Shown here piece after piece: positions 1 through 10,457 of a stretch of DNA of 64,000 bases (within the stretch, counting starts at the first letter, position 1; each line of letters begins with the position of its first letter). Made by a program: the position numbers and the translations under genes. The stretch is from the NCBI GenBank assembly GCA_041937175.2, contig CP166615.1, forward strand, positions 512,001-576,000, written 5' to 3'. The notes beneath the pieces are model-generated. The model did not search any database and had not been told where the DNA came from. It saw nothing but the letters and a program-made list of their open reading frames with translations. Source of the stretch: Limnothrix sp. BL-A-16. Lineage in GTDB: Bacteria > Cyanobacteriota > Cyanobacteriia > CACIAM-69d.

Positions 1-290
1 TCATCACAATCCACAATCAAAACCCATTCATTCCGAAAGGGCAGATTTTCCAGCGACCAATTTTTCTTTTTGGGCCAACGGCCGTTGAACTGAAATTGCA
101 CGACGGTTGCGCCGTAGCTTTCGCAAATTTCAACGCTGCGATCGTCGCTGTGGGAATCCACCACAAAAATTTCGTCGGCCCGAGCCACGCTTTCAAGACA
201 GGCGGGCAGGTTGGCCTCTTCATTTTTGGCCGGAATGAGCACGGAAACGGGAACCGTGTTGCTGGTGATTTGTTGCGGATGAATGGTCAT
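1..290 (-). CDS. Glycosyltransferase family 2, N-terminal part (runs off the left edge)
   Basis: Manual translation from ATG at 290: MTIHPQQITSNTVPVSVLIPAKNEEANLPACLESVARADEIFVVDSHSDDRS...WVLIVDCD. This has the GT-A start 'VSVLIPAKNE', 'VVDS.S.D' and a DxD motif. Not in the ORF track because it has no stop in the window. Confidence 0.9.
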   Translation of the reverse strand, partial: MTIHPQQITSNTVPVSVLIPAKNEEANLPACLESVARADEIFVVDSHSDDRSVEICESYGATVVQFQFNGRWPKKKNWSLENLPFRNEWVLIVDCD

Positions 291-418
291 GCTGAAGGGG
301 GGTGAGACAACAGCGGATGGCAGAAACAGGGGCAATTTAGCGAAAAACGAAGCCGAATCGAGCGAATTCTAGGGGTAATTGGGAACGGGGACATCGACGA
401 TGATCATGAGGGCCAAGC

Positions 419-1501
419 CTATAATGCCCGACGACCCATGAGGGCGCGGAGGATGGCCCACAGGTAGCCCAACTGACCATAGGCATAGACCAGGTTGTCA
501 AAACGAATGGCAGGATCCCGCCAGTGGCAGAGGGCTTTCCAAAGGCCCCGCAGGAACCGATCGCCCGCCAAGCCAAACTGGCGCAAGCCCGCCCGTCCGG
601 CCAGTTGCTCGCGATAGCACTCACTGATGCCTTGCCACCAGGCGCGATTTAAAAACCATCGGGGATTCAATCGCTCTGGGGCAACGTTGTGGGCGGCATG
701 GGCGGCGGGAATGTAGCCCACCTGCCAGTTCAGTTCGATCGCCCGCTCGGTCATCATTAGTTCTTCGTTCGACAGCAATTTTTTCCCCACGCGCCCTAGG
801 CTGGGGTCAAAACCGCCCACCCGATCGAGAAAAGACCGGCGAATTGCATAATTCAAGCCGCGCGGTGTTTGTCCCGGATTGTGAATGATGACCGGTTGCT
901 CGCCCAAGTCATAGGCTCCCAAGGGTTCAGTCATGCCATCGGAAAGCCAGCGCGGGCGCGATCGCCCCGGGGGCCACAGCAGGGTAACGCGCCCCCCGGC
1001 AATGGCCAGGCGATCGTTCTGGGCAAATGCCTCGTAGAGCATCCGTAACCATTGGGGGCTGGCTTCTGCGTCGTCGTCCAAATAGGCGAGCAAGTGACTG
1101 CGGGCGGCTTTGGCTCCGGCATTGCGGGCCACAGACAAGCCTGTGATCGACTCATACACATAGCGCAAACGGGGGTGAATCAGGCGCGCTTCCACCACTT
1201 CTCGCGTGCGATCGGTGGAAGCATTGTCCACCACCACAATTTCGTAGGGGAGCGTTGCCCCGCAATCTTGGCTCAGGAGGCTATCGATCGCCCCGCCCAG
1301 ATATTCCGCTCGATTGTGGGTGCAAATGATCGCAGAAATTAGGGGTTCCCGCGCGTTGGTTTCTGGGCCTGGGAACTCCGAAGTTTGGGCGTTTGGAGTG
1401 GGGGAGTCTGGGGTTACTGAGTTTGGAGTTTGGCTGGCTGGAGTTGGGGTTTCTGAAGCTGGCGACTCAGTGGGGAGAGGTTCCGGGGATAAAGCGCCCA
1501 T
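419..1501 (-). CDS. Glycosyltransferase family 2
   Basis: ISAIICTHNR, VVVDNASTD and YLDDD (DxD) motifs. The start is placed at ATG 1501 because the extension to 1789 crosses short repeats and overlaps the upstream gene. Confidence 0.88.
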   Translation of the reverse strand: MGALSPEPLPTESPASETPTPASQTPNSVTPDSPTPNAQTSEFPGPETNAREPLISAIICTHNRAEYLGGAIDSLLSQDCGATLPYEIVVVDNASTDRTREVVEARLIHPRLRYVYESITGLSVARNAGAKAARSHLLAYLDDDAEASPQWLRMLYEAFAQNDRLAIAGGRVTLLWPPGRSRPRWLSDGMTEPLGAYDLGEQPVIIHNPGQTPRGLNYAIRRSFLDRVGGFDPSLGRVGKKLLSNEELMMTERAIELNWQVGYIPAAHAAHNVAPERLNPRWFLNRAWWQGISECYREQLAGRAGLRQFGLAGDRFLRGLWKALCHWRDPAIRFDNLVYAYGQLGYLWAILRALMGRRAL

Positions 1502-1683
1502 AACACAACATTGGGGAATCGAAAGATTGGGGAAATCGAGGGCTTGAAGATCGAAAAATTGGGCGAATCCAGGGGGCAAAAATCGAGAGATTGGGCGATT
1601 GAAATTGGGCGATTGAGGGATTGCGAGATTGAAAATTGGGCGATCGAAAATTGCGAGACCGAGGGTTCGAGGATTCCCTGAAC

Positions 1684-2889
1684 CTAGGGTTTGCGAGGAC
1701 TGCGTTGTGGGCTGCGGTTCAGGAGCTGGTGCAGGCGATCGCGAAAGGCATCCACCCCAAACAGGCCAAGGGCCTCTTGCCGCAGCCATGCCCCATCACA
1801 ACGGCGATCGCCCCTGGTCGTCAAGGCAGCAATGGCGGCGCGGGCCACAGCTTCCGAATCCCGGTGGGGCACACGCCACCCTAATCGACCATCCTGCAAG
1901 GGGTCGGCGGAACCGTCGTCATCGCCGGAAATGACCGGCACGCCCGTGGCCATGGCTTCCAGGTAGGCAATGCCAAATCCCTCTTGGGAGGGCATGACGT
2001 AGAGGTCGGCGGCTCGATAGAAGTCCGGCAGGGCTTCCGTGGCCACAAACCCCGCAAACACAACCCGATCGCCCACTCCCATCTCACAGGCCAGGGCCTC
2101 CAAACGGGGGCGATCTTCGCCGCGACCAATCACCAGATATTTCACGTTGGGCACGGCTCGGGCAATCAGCGGCAGGGCCCGAATGGTCACATCCACTCCT
2201 TTATAGCGATCGCCCGGCCAGAGCCGCGCCACGGTCATCAGCACTTTGCAATCGGCCAAGCCATACTGCGCCAACAGTTCCGGCGGTTTGGGCCCTGGCC
2301 GAAACACCGTGCCATCCACCGGACAGGGCATCAGATCCACCCGATCGGGATTGAGCTGATTGGCCTGACTGGCGCGATCGCGGGAATAGCGACTAACAAT
2401 CCAAAGGGCATCGGCCCGCTGCAAGGCCCGGCGGGCTGGGGGCGAGAGGGGATCCCAAACTTCCTTGCCGTGGGTCAGTACCGTGTAGGGAATGCGTCGC
2501 ACCTGGCAAATCCAGGCGATCGCCTGAACGAGGTTGATATGGCCACAAAACACTTGGCGCGGTGGCGCAATCCACAGGCTCCAGGCCAGGCTGGCCAGCA
2601 TTTGCAACCGCCCGATCGCCCGGGACTTGGCCCCACCAAAACAGTTAAATTCCAAGCGCCCTTCCCCGATCGGGGGTTTAGCCATGGGGCGATCGCGCAG
2701 AATCCAGACCCGGCCGCGACGGTTCGGTTCCGCCACACAGGCGTAGGCTGTCAACAAATTTTGGTTATAGGTTTGGATGCCGCCCTCGTTGTCGAACACC
2801 TCAAGAAAAACGAATGCATCCCACTGACTGCCCCGCGCCGATCGAGACCGTGGCTTAGCCGAAATGGGTTTTGATGGAACGTGCTGCAT
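1684..2889 (-). CDS. Glycosyltransferase family 4 (GT-B)
   Basis: GGIQTY, YKGVD and 'DLYVMPSQEGFGIAYLEAMATGVPVI' (EX7E motif). Confidence 0.92.
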   Translation of the reverse strand: MQHVPSKPISAKPRSRSARGSQWDAFVFLEVFDNEGGIQTYNQNLLTAYACVAEPNRRGRVWILRDRPMAKPPIGEGRLEFNCFGGAKSRAIGRLQMLASLAWSLWIAPPRQVFCGHINLVQAIAWICQVRRIPYTVLTHGKEVWDPLSPPARRALQRADALWIVSRYSRDRASQANQLNPDRVDLMPCPVDGTVFRPGPKPPELLAQYGLADCKVLMTVARLWPGDRYKGVDVTIRALPLIARAVPNVKYLVIGRGEDRPRLEALACEMGVGDRVVFAGFVATEALPDFYRAADLYVMPSQEGFGIAYLEAMATGVPVISGDDDGSADPLQDGRLGWRVPHRDSEAVARAAIAALTTRGDRRCDGAWLRQEALGLFGVDAFRDRLHQLLNRSPQRSPRKP

Positions 2890-3379
2890 GACGAATCAAC
2901 CACCCAGAATCCTACTCACGACTCGATCACTCAATTGCATCGCTAATTCAGAACGAAACAATGCATGGCCCCACAATGCACGCCTCACCTCATGGTGTGG
3001 CTTAAATCATGCATGACTGAGAATGCACGACTGAGAATGCACAGCTAAACGACGGAACTGGATGGGTAGCCCCGGTCACTGAACCTGTTAACGGTAGTCT
3101 GCATTTCCAATGTCTCCGATTCCGCTCGGGACTGCCACTGCTACTGGTGTTGTTTGTGGTTCTGTGGGCCTGTGCTAGGGAAACTGAATCGGGATTGCAC
3201 CTGAATGAATCTGCCGATCTCAACTGTCCCCTATCAATTTACCCAGGGTTTTTCAGTCGGAATCCGGTTAATTTGCATACCTATACGCAGGCCCGTAACC
3301 GAAGGCTGGGCGGTTGCCCGGTTCTGAGGTGATGCTTGAACGGGCCTGCTCAAGATGATTTACAAGACGACTTAAATAA

Positions 3380-4963
3380 TCAGAATCGAAATGTGGTGCG
3401 GATAGTTCCCACCACGATCGCCCCGCGATCGGCCTCATGTTCCGCTTGGGTGACCACAAAAACACCGGGTGTGATGGAAATTCGATCGCCCACCTTAAAC
3501 CGATAGAAGGTTTCCAGGTGCATTCCCTGGCCCGAATCATCTTCCACATCGCCCGTGCCTTTCACCAAGCGCAGGGGCTGACCCACCAAAAAGGCCCAAA
3601 GATCGCCCTCGCGGCCAAAGGGATCTGACCAGGCCAAGGACACCGCATAGGTGTTGGACAGGGCCGTGGCTTCCCGATCGATGTAATTGGTCCAAACCCA
3701 GCCTCCCCAGGCCGCCAGGGTGAGGGCTTCCGATAACCGCCATTGCAATGTGCCGCTGAGACCGTGGATTTGGGCCGGGGAATCGAGCTTGCCGGAAAGA
3801 TCGGCGTTGAGGCTGCCGGTGAAGGTGTTGAGATAGCCCCGATCGTCATAGGCGTTGATGTAGGCGATGCCCGTCAGCAAAGTGGCCGCCGGTTTGGTCA
3901 GCAGTTGCACCCCCCAAGCGCTGCGATCGCTCCCAAAGATGCCCTGATCCGATCGGGCGCTGTTGCCCGTGCCATAGGCAAATTGCAGCCGCCCCCGCTC
4001 CCACAGCAGCCAATCTGCGCCCACACCCCCATCCAGGGCCGCCAGCTTAAACAGGGGGCTGCCTTCGGCGAACCGAGAAATGGCCCCGCGGCCGGTGTCA
4101 AAAAAGGGCGAGTTGGCCGTGAGGACGCTGCTGAGGTCAAAGCCGACGGGCCGCAGGGTCAAAACCACCCGATCGCCCCAGGCCGCAAATCGATAATCCA
4201 ACAGGTCTAACTGAATGTTGTTATCCAAATCCGTTTGGAACGAGAGGCGGGCCATGTCCGTGCCCAAAGATTGGCGACTGGCATAGCCGTTGTTGCCTAG
4301 GTTGCCCGTGGCCAGTTGCAACCGCAGCCGATCCTTCCCCGTGAAGGAGGTGACGAATTGCAAGCGGGTCAAGTGGGCAAAGGTGGCGGGATTTTCGTTA
4401 TCACCGGGCGGATTGTCACCCGCGGCCGCCGACAAACCGAAAATCGTTTCGCCCCCCATCAATAGGGTGGGGCTAAAGCGCTGACTTTCCAAGCGGGCGG
4501 TGGTGGCTTCCAGGCGGTTGACTCGTCCCGTGAGCTGTTCCAGTTCCGATCGAAATTCCGTTTGTAGGCGGCTCAGGGCGGCCAGGTCGTCCCGTTGAAC
4601 TGCGGCATCGGTGGCGCGATCGAGCTGCGTTTGGATCGCCTCCAGGCAAGCGGCTAAACCGGCGGCAAACTCAAACCGGCCCAGGGGCCGATCGCCCCGA
4701 AACAGTCCGTCGGGATAGCCCGCCAAACAGCCATAGCGCTCCACCAGGGATTGCAGAGCCTGGAATGCCCAATCGGTGGGCTGCACATCGCTGAGGGCAG
4801 AAACGGAGGTGACCTGGGCTTGGGCGGGGATCGCGGTTTCGGGGTCGATCGGGTCAGTCCCCGCAGGTTCGACCATTTCCAAGGTTTGGGCCACAACTCC
4901 GCTGGTTCCCGCCAGCAGCCCCACCAGCGCTCCCAATAGGGATCCCAAGACCGATCGCACCAT
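3380..4963 (-). CDS. Cyanobacterial outer-membrane porin (SLH + OprB-like, 'iron uptake porin' family)
   Basis: Signal peptide, then 'QVTSVSALSDVQPTDWAFQALQSLVERYGCLAGYPDG' SLH domain, a coiled coil, and C-terminal 'GTIRTTFRF'. Start uncertain (ORF is open to 5173). Confidence 0.9.
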   Translation of the reverse strand: MVRSVLGSLLGALVGLLAGTSGVVAQTLEMVEPAGTDPIDPETAIPAQAQVTSVSALSDVQPTDWAFQALQSLVERYGCLAGYPDGLFRGDRPLGRFEFAAGLAACLEAIQTQLDRATDAAVQRDDLAALSRLQTEFRSELEQLTGRVNRLEATTARLESQRFSPTLLMGGETIFGLSAAAGDNPPGDNENPATFAHLTRLQFVTSFTGKDRLRLQLATGNLGNNGYASRQSLGTDMARLSFQTDLDNNIQLDLLDYRFAAWGDRVVLTLRPVGFDLSSVLTANSPFFDTGRGAISRFAEGSPLFKLAALDGGVGADWLLWERGRLQFAYGTGNSARSDQGIFGSDRSAWGVQLLTKPAATLLTGIAYINAYDDRGYLNTFTGSLNADLSGKLDSPAQIHGLSGTLQWRLSEALTLAAWGGWVWTNYIDREATALSNTYAVSLAWSDPFGREGDLWAFLVGQPLRLVKGTGDVEDDSGQGMHLETFYRFKVGDRISITPGVFVVTQAEHEADRGAIVVGTIRTTFRF

Positions 4964-5294
4964 GGCCCTTGATCGGAACCCACCGGCCCACCGGCTCCCG
5001 TCCACCCGCCGAGATCGCCCTGAAGCAATGATGGCCCCGATCGGGGGTTGATGCATGGGTTGATGCATTTTGGGCTGCGGAATGGCCGTTGCCGCTTTGG
5101 TTTCTGAATCGGTTTCTGAATCGGTTTCTAATGCTGCTGCCGTCATCCTGCCCAGACTCCCTTTGCACACCACAGGCAGATCGCCCTTGCTTCAATCCCT
5201 AACCAACCGCAGGGGCTTGCACTTGGGTTATGGATTTCGGATCGAAACTATCACATGCCCATTCCCTCAGGACGATTTCGCGCGGAAGTTGCGC

Positions 5295-6392
5295 CTAGAA
5301 AGGCCGATCGCAAGGATCACCCAACAACACGCTGCCACACCCCCCCGAAGGTTGATCGCGCAGGAGCGATCGCACGTCAAAGGTAAACGCCGCGTAGATA
5401 TCCTCCACCGTGTCTGCCTTGGGCTTTTGGGCCAAACCGCGTGCAATTAACTGCTCATCCACAGGCGGATCCTCATAGGCCAATAGGATGCGGGCCGCCT
5501 CCGCCGCACTCAAAAAATGCACCGTTTGCATTCCACAGCTTGCATCGGTGTTTCCTTCCAAGGCCTGACCGAGCGATCGCCCCAAATCATTCCCCGAAGC
5601 ATCAACCCCCAGCAAACCTTGGTTGCAACCATTGGAGTCACCCCGACCGCGGCCGTGAATGCCCACCAACTCCCCATCCCCATTCAGCACCGGGCCGCCG
5701 CTCATCCCCCGCCGAGTCAGATTGTCGTAGAGCACGCTGTAGCCCCCATCGCTTAAGGGATTGGGGGAAATGGCCACCAAAGCCCCTGAACTGGAAATCC
5801 GTTCACGGCGGGCGCTGTCGTCCTCGGGATTGGGCCAGCCAGACACCACCACCCGATCGCCCCGCCCCATCCGCCGGGAATTGCCCATCACTGCCACGGG
5901 ATAATCCAGATTGCTGGTGAAACGCACCAGGGCCAAATCCATTCCCGTGATCGCGGAACCCATTTCATCCTGTTCATTGCCCAGGGGAATGATATTGCTC
6001 GGATCGCTTTCGTCATCAATGAAATGCACCTCACCATCGCTGGTGCGTACCCCATAGACCGTGCCCCGCGTCCGCACCACATGCAGCGCCGTTAGGGCGT
6101 AGTAGGTTTGCCCCTCCCGAGCCACCAGCACCCCAGACCCCGGATTCCATTCCTGGCGCTGTTCAATGTCGCCCTTTTGCAGCCCCTGGGCAATTACCAC
6201 CGTGACTTGCGAGGCGATCGCATCCACCTGATCCAGCGTCAGCGCCTGCACTGCCCAAGCGGGGATCGTCGCCACAATCATCGCCGCCCCTACCCACAGC
6301 CACCAGTGCACACAGCGATGGTGAAACCATCGCCGCCCTTGGGTCAGCGTGACAAACAGTGATGTGATAAAGCAGCCCATAATTCGGCTCAA
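5295..6392 (-). CDS. Exported or membrane-anchored trypsin-like serine protease
   Basis: GSGVLV, LTALHVV (His), MDLALV (Asp) and GMSGGPV (Ser), plus an N-terminal hydrophobic segment. Confidence 0.88.
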   Translation of the reverse strand: MSRIMGCFITSLFVTLTQGRRWFHHRCVHWWLWVGAAMIVATIPAWAVQALTLDQVDAIASQVTVVIAQGLQKGDIEQRQEWNPGSGVLVAREGQTYYALTALHVVRTRGTVYGVRTSDGEVHFIDDESDPSNIIPLGNEQDEMGSAITGMDLALVRFTSNLDYPVAVMGNSRRMGRGDRVVVSGWPNPEDDSARRERISSSGALVAISPNPLSDGGYSVLYDNLTRRGMSGGPVLNGDGELVGIHGRGRGDSNGCNQGLLGVDASGNDLGRSLGQALEGNTDASCGMQTVHFLSAAEAARILLAYEDPPVDEQLIARGLAQKPKADTVEDIYAAFTFDVRSLLRDQPSGGCGSVLLGDPCDRPF

Positions 6393-6478
6393 TCATCTAG
6401 AGCCTCTTTCCCCCCTAGGCTACAGGAGTCAGGAGTCTGGCAAAAAGTTTCGGGTTGCTGAATTTATTCCTGAATTGC

Positions 6479-7993
6479 TTAGTCCGTGGACTTTTCCTGA
6501 ACCCCGCGCATAATCCGCGACAGTTCCGTTTTTTCGTCCACGCTGACCCGCGAAGGGGAGCCGCTGATAATTTTTTCGTAGTTGCGGAACGAGTCGCGAA
6601 TTTCCGGGCCATTGCGACTAATGGTGTATTCGCGAATGCCCTTATCGTGTTCCGAGCCTCGCATTTTGAACACGTTAATGGCTCGGCACATTTCCCCACG
6701 AATTTCCACATACTGCAACATCAAAATGGTGTCGGTGATGGTGGAAATATGGGAATCGGTGATGGCATGGGATCCCATGAACTGGTCGGTGGTGTTTGTG
6801 AAGAAACCGGTAATTTCTTCTTGCTTGGCAAACCCCGTCACCCCAATCACGAATTGGCGGAAAGCGTTGTTGCTGACCCCTCGTGCCAGGGCCGAAAGGG
6901 AGTCGATCGCGATGCGGGAGGGTTTAAACTCAGCAATCTCAGACTTGATGATCTGCAAGTGATCTTCCAAGCCCGCTGACTCCGGATAGGCGCAGAGAAT
7001 TTTGAGCAATCCACGGCTTTCCAAATCCTCAAAGTCAATGCCCCAGGAATAGGCATTTCGAGAGAGTTGGGCCCGCGATTCTTCGTAGGCAAAGAGGATG
7101 GCGCGTTCGCCATTTTGGCAAGCGTCTTCAATGAATTTACTGACCAACAGGGTTTTGCCCGTACCGGTTGCGCCCGTGGCCAAAATAATCGAATCCTTGA
7201 AGAAGCCGCCGCCACACATGGAGTCGAGGGTGAGCACCCCGGACGATACCCGAGCATTGGACGATCGCTGAGTGAGGCGCATGGCTCCCAGCGGGAAAAT
7301 GCTGATTCCTTGGTTGGTGATGGTGAAGGGATATTCTCCCTTCATGTGGGTTGTGCCCCGCAGCTTCAGGATTTCGATCGTCCGGCGACGGCGTTCACCC
7401 TCCAGCACGTTACGGACGATCGCCACGTTATCCGACACAAATTCCTCAACCCCAAACCGAGCCACGGGGCCATATTCCCGTTCCCGCTCCGTGGTCATGA
7501 TGGTGGTCACGCCCACTTGCTTCAGGCGGGCCACCAATCGGAAGATCTCCCGACGCACCACCGAAGCCGCGTCATATTGCTGAAAAACAGCGGTGATTGA
7601 GTCGATCGAAACTCGCTTGGCCTTGTATTTCCGAATGGCGTATTGAATGCGTTCAATCAGGGCCGATAGGTCAAAATTGCCAACAATGTCTTGCCCTTCC
7701 GGATCCGGGGAAGCATCCAAAATGAACAGCTTTCCTGAATCTACCAACTGTTGCAAATTCCAACCGAAGCTGCCCGCGTTCTTAATAATATCGGCCGGCG
7801 ATTCCTCAAAGGTAACAAAGATGCCTGGCTCGTCAAAATAAACAATTCCGTTATAGAGAAACTGGATCGCAATTAGCGTTTTCCCAGTACCAGATGTTCC
7901 GCTTACGAGTGTTGCTCGGCCGACAGGTAGCCCGCCATGGCTAATGTCGTCAAAGCCCTCAATCATCGTCCGAATTTTTTGAACACCGGTCAT
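6479..7993 (-). CDS. kaiC: Circadian clock protein KaiC
   Basis: Two Walker A motifs (GTSGTGKT, GATGTGKT), phosphosite region ITDSHISTITD, and A-loop-like tail 'IISGSP'. Confidence 0.99.
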   Translation of the reverse strand: MTGVQKIRTMIEGFDDISHGGLPVGRATLVSGTSGTGKTLIAIQFLYNGIVYFDEPGIFVTFEESPADIIKNAGSFGWNLQQLVDSGKLFILDASPDPEGQDIVGNFDLSALIERIQYAIRKYKAKRVSIDSITAVFQQYDAASVVRREIFRLVARLKQVGVTTIMTTEREREYGPVARFGVEEFVSDNVAIVRNVLEGERRRRTIEILKLRGTTHMKGEYPFTITNQGISIFPLGAMRLTQRSSNARVSSGVLTLDSMCGGGFFKDSIILATGATGTGKTLLVSKFIEDACQNGERAILFAYEESRAQLSRNAYSWGIDFEDLESRGLLKILCAYPESAGLEDHLQIIKSEIAEFKPSRIAIDSLSALARGVSNNAFRQFVIGVTGFAKQEEITGFFTNTTDQFMGSHAITDSHISTITDTILMLQYVEIRGEMCRAINVFKMRGSEHDKGIREYTISRNGPEIRDSFRNYEKIISGSPSRVSVDEKTELSRIMRGVQEKSTD

Positions 7994-8419
7994 AGTGATA
8001 TCTGTTTATATCTGTTTCCTAAGGAATCAACGCTATCGGAGTAGCCCGTCATCCAACCATCGAATGTCAGGGAAATGCCAGGGACTGGAAATGGTGTCTG
8101 GGAGTTGGGGCCTTTAACCCGATCGGGCATGGCCCCTGGGGGTTAACTGTGGCCAAGGGGCAGATCCAGATTGCCAAATGGAGAGGCTCAATTGCCGAGC
8201 ACCATACCGAGCACAAGGCTAAACACAACAGGGATCGAACCTGATTGGGGCTGGATGGGGCAGTCGATCGGGGTACGGGGCCCGCGATCGCGGCACACCG
8301 ACGCAACCAATGCACCGGAACGAACCCACCCGCCGGGCATTTGGGGGCTGGTTTTGCCGTTCCCGATCGCCTCGGAGCCTAAACAGCATCTCACGATCCA
8401 TCGCAAAACCCTACTGATT

Positions 8420-8734
8420 CTAGTATTCAGCCTCATCATCCGCCAATTCTTCGTAGAGCAGATCGAGGCCAATCAACACCCGCTCGCGATCGGACAAATC
8501 GCCAATAATTTTCCGCACTGGTGGAGGCAGAATTTTTGCGAGGGTTGGGGTGGCTAAAATCTTATCCTCCTCAGCAAGTTGGGGATTTTTTAGCACATCA
8601 ATGACCTTCAGCGCATAAACCCCTTGAAACTCATCTTCCAAAATATTCTTCAGAGTTTTCAGGGCGCGGACGGAATGGGGAGTATTCCCTGCTACGTATA
8701 ACTTGAGAACGTAGGTTTTTTTGAGGGGACTCAT
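8420..8734 (-). CDS. kaiB: Circadian clock protein KaiB
   Basis: [19 protein letters not shown]...[27 protein letters not shown]. Confidence 0.99.
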   Translation of the reverse strand: MSPLKKTYVLKLYVAGNTPHSVRALKTLKNILEDEFQGVYALKVIDVLKNPQLAEEDKILATPTLAKILPPPVRKIIGDLSDRERVLIGLDLLYEELADDEAEY

Positions 8735-9369
8735 AAGCAATACAACGAGTTGAGTTTAGGAAGTTCTGTCCACGGGAATTTGGGTAAATACAAGACCCGT
8801 TGAGAATGCAAGGTCACCGGAGTCCCTAAAACCGGAATCAGATCCATGCCAATCACAGGACTCTCCCCAAGGGCTGGGGAAAACTTACTCCCAATCTGTT
8901 ATCGAGCAGACCAAGCTCCAGTCATCATCCTCAAAATTCAATCCATCAATGGCAGCTTGATGGCAGCTTGGTTGAAATATGCCGAAATCTTCTGTTGACA
9001 GCTTGTACTGACTTGTCAAATTGACTCTTGAACCGGATAGGGTCACCTGCACTCAGAACGAGAGAAGGAACTTGGAAATGGCTTGATGCCGACTGCGACG
9101 ACAACGATTGACAGGGAGAAACAAGAAAAATCAAAGCGTTAATCCTAGAGCTTCTGGCGCGGCCTGCGGCTAACCTGTAAATGAACAATACGCCAAAGAG
9201 CATGGAATTTGATTTTATTTAATATAATAACCCGATTGTCAGATGGTAATCAGAAAAGATTCTTAAGTTTCCTGGTTTAAATCAATTCATCTATGAAACT
9301 TTCATTCTTAACGAGAATCAATGATGATTTGACTGAAAAATGACGTAAAAGTAATTTCTGAATGTGATC

Positions 9370-9463
9370 TAATACCAATTTCTTGAATTGACGATACTCA
9401 CGATTCTTGCCTGGTAGGAATTTCAGCGCAAGATTTGTAGCGTTGATAATCAAGATTGGTATA
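9370..9463. mobile_element. Small imperfect inverted-repeat element (probable MITE remnant) in the kaiA-kaiB spacer
   Basis: The left end TAATACCAATTTCTTGA pairs with the right end TCAAGATTGGTATA. The inner arms (ACGATAC..TCTTGC / GCAAGA..GTAGCGT) also pair imperfectly. Confidence 0.45.
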
Positions 9464-9605
9464 AAAGAAACTATTTAAAGATGAATTGCAAGAATGATTG
9501 CAATGGGCCAGTCGCACTTTCGCACTTGGAACGAAATTATTCCATGCGCAGATCCGATCTATTAATTTACAAGCACTGTGTTGTTAGACAATGAATTAGG
9601 GCACA

Positions 9606-10457
9606 TCACTCGCGAGGGATGGAGCGTCGATACATCTCGCACAGGTGGGCAATGATATCAATGAGTGTGAGTCGATAGTCTAGGAGAATTTCTTCGCTGC
9701 GTCCTTCCAGCTTGAGTTGAGTGGCAAGAGCATCCATCAACTCCATGTGAATTTCTACGATTTGAGAAACAGACATATCCGCAAAGAAAGCCTGCTCCAC
9801 AAAGCGATCGACTCGCATGTTGACGGTGCCATCTCCTGAAAAGTAGGCCAGGACAATTTCGCGATATTCGCTTCTCAATTCCTGTAGGAGGGCGTGCCTG
9901 TCTTCGGCGGGCAGGTTTCTGAGAAACAGTTTGGGTTCGCGCTTGTAATACACACCTAAATATCCTAAGCGCTCTTTGAGTTTGTCTGTCAGTCGTTTCT
10001 GTTGCTCAAGCAGGTTCACTGCATTGGTGGGAACGGCAGAGGCAGGGGCAACATTTGCCTGACCAAGGTTCGAGCCGATTGGTGTTAGGTATAGAAAATT
10101 GTTGATGGCGCGATCGATCGATCGGCGAAAAATTTCGAGGTCTTGCTCGGAGGCGATCACTTCAGCCGCATGATAAATCCAGGGTTTTTTGGGTAAATTC
10201 TGCGATCGGGAACACCAAATAACCGCTGGAAGAACGATGTTGGCGGCAGCAAGCTGCTCAATGGTTTGCTCAAGCAGTGGATCCTCTTGAATAATGAGAC
10301 AATCAATTTCCTGTTGGTTTTGCTGAATGGCAGTCAGGAATGATTCTAAAGTTTCATGGTATTGGGTTTGATAGCGAGCAGTATCAAGGATTTTGCATAG
10401 GACTTCGGTGCTCTCTGATGAGTTTGTGAGCGCAGTAATTTCTAAGTAATATCGCAC
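9606..10457 (-). CDS. kaiA: Circadian clock protein KaiA (full length, with N-terminal pseudo-receiver region)
   Basis: C-terminal 'KLKERLGYLGVYYKR...LKLEGRSEEILLDYRLTLIDIIAHLCEMYRRSIPRE'. GTG start. Confidence 0.98.
   Translation of the reverse strand: MRYYLEITALTNSSESTEVLCKILDTARYQTQYHETLESFLTAIQQNQQEIDCLIIQEDPLLEQTIEQLAAANIVLPAVIWCSRSQNLPKKPWIYHAAEVIASEQDLEIFRRSIDRAINNFLYLTPIGSNLGQANVAPASAVPTNAVNLLEQQKRLTDKLKERLGYLGVYYKREPKLFLRNLPAEDRHALLQELRSEYREIVLAYFSGDGTVNMRVDRFVEQAFFADMSVSQIVEIHMELMDALATQLKLEGRSEEILLDYRLTLIDIIAHLCEMYRRSIPRE

Noticed and set aside
1502..1789. N-terminal extension of the GT2 ORF (456 aa in the track)
   Set aside because: It translates short tandem repeats and overlaps the upstream GT4 gene. 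ATG 1501 is more plausible.
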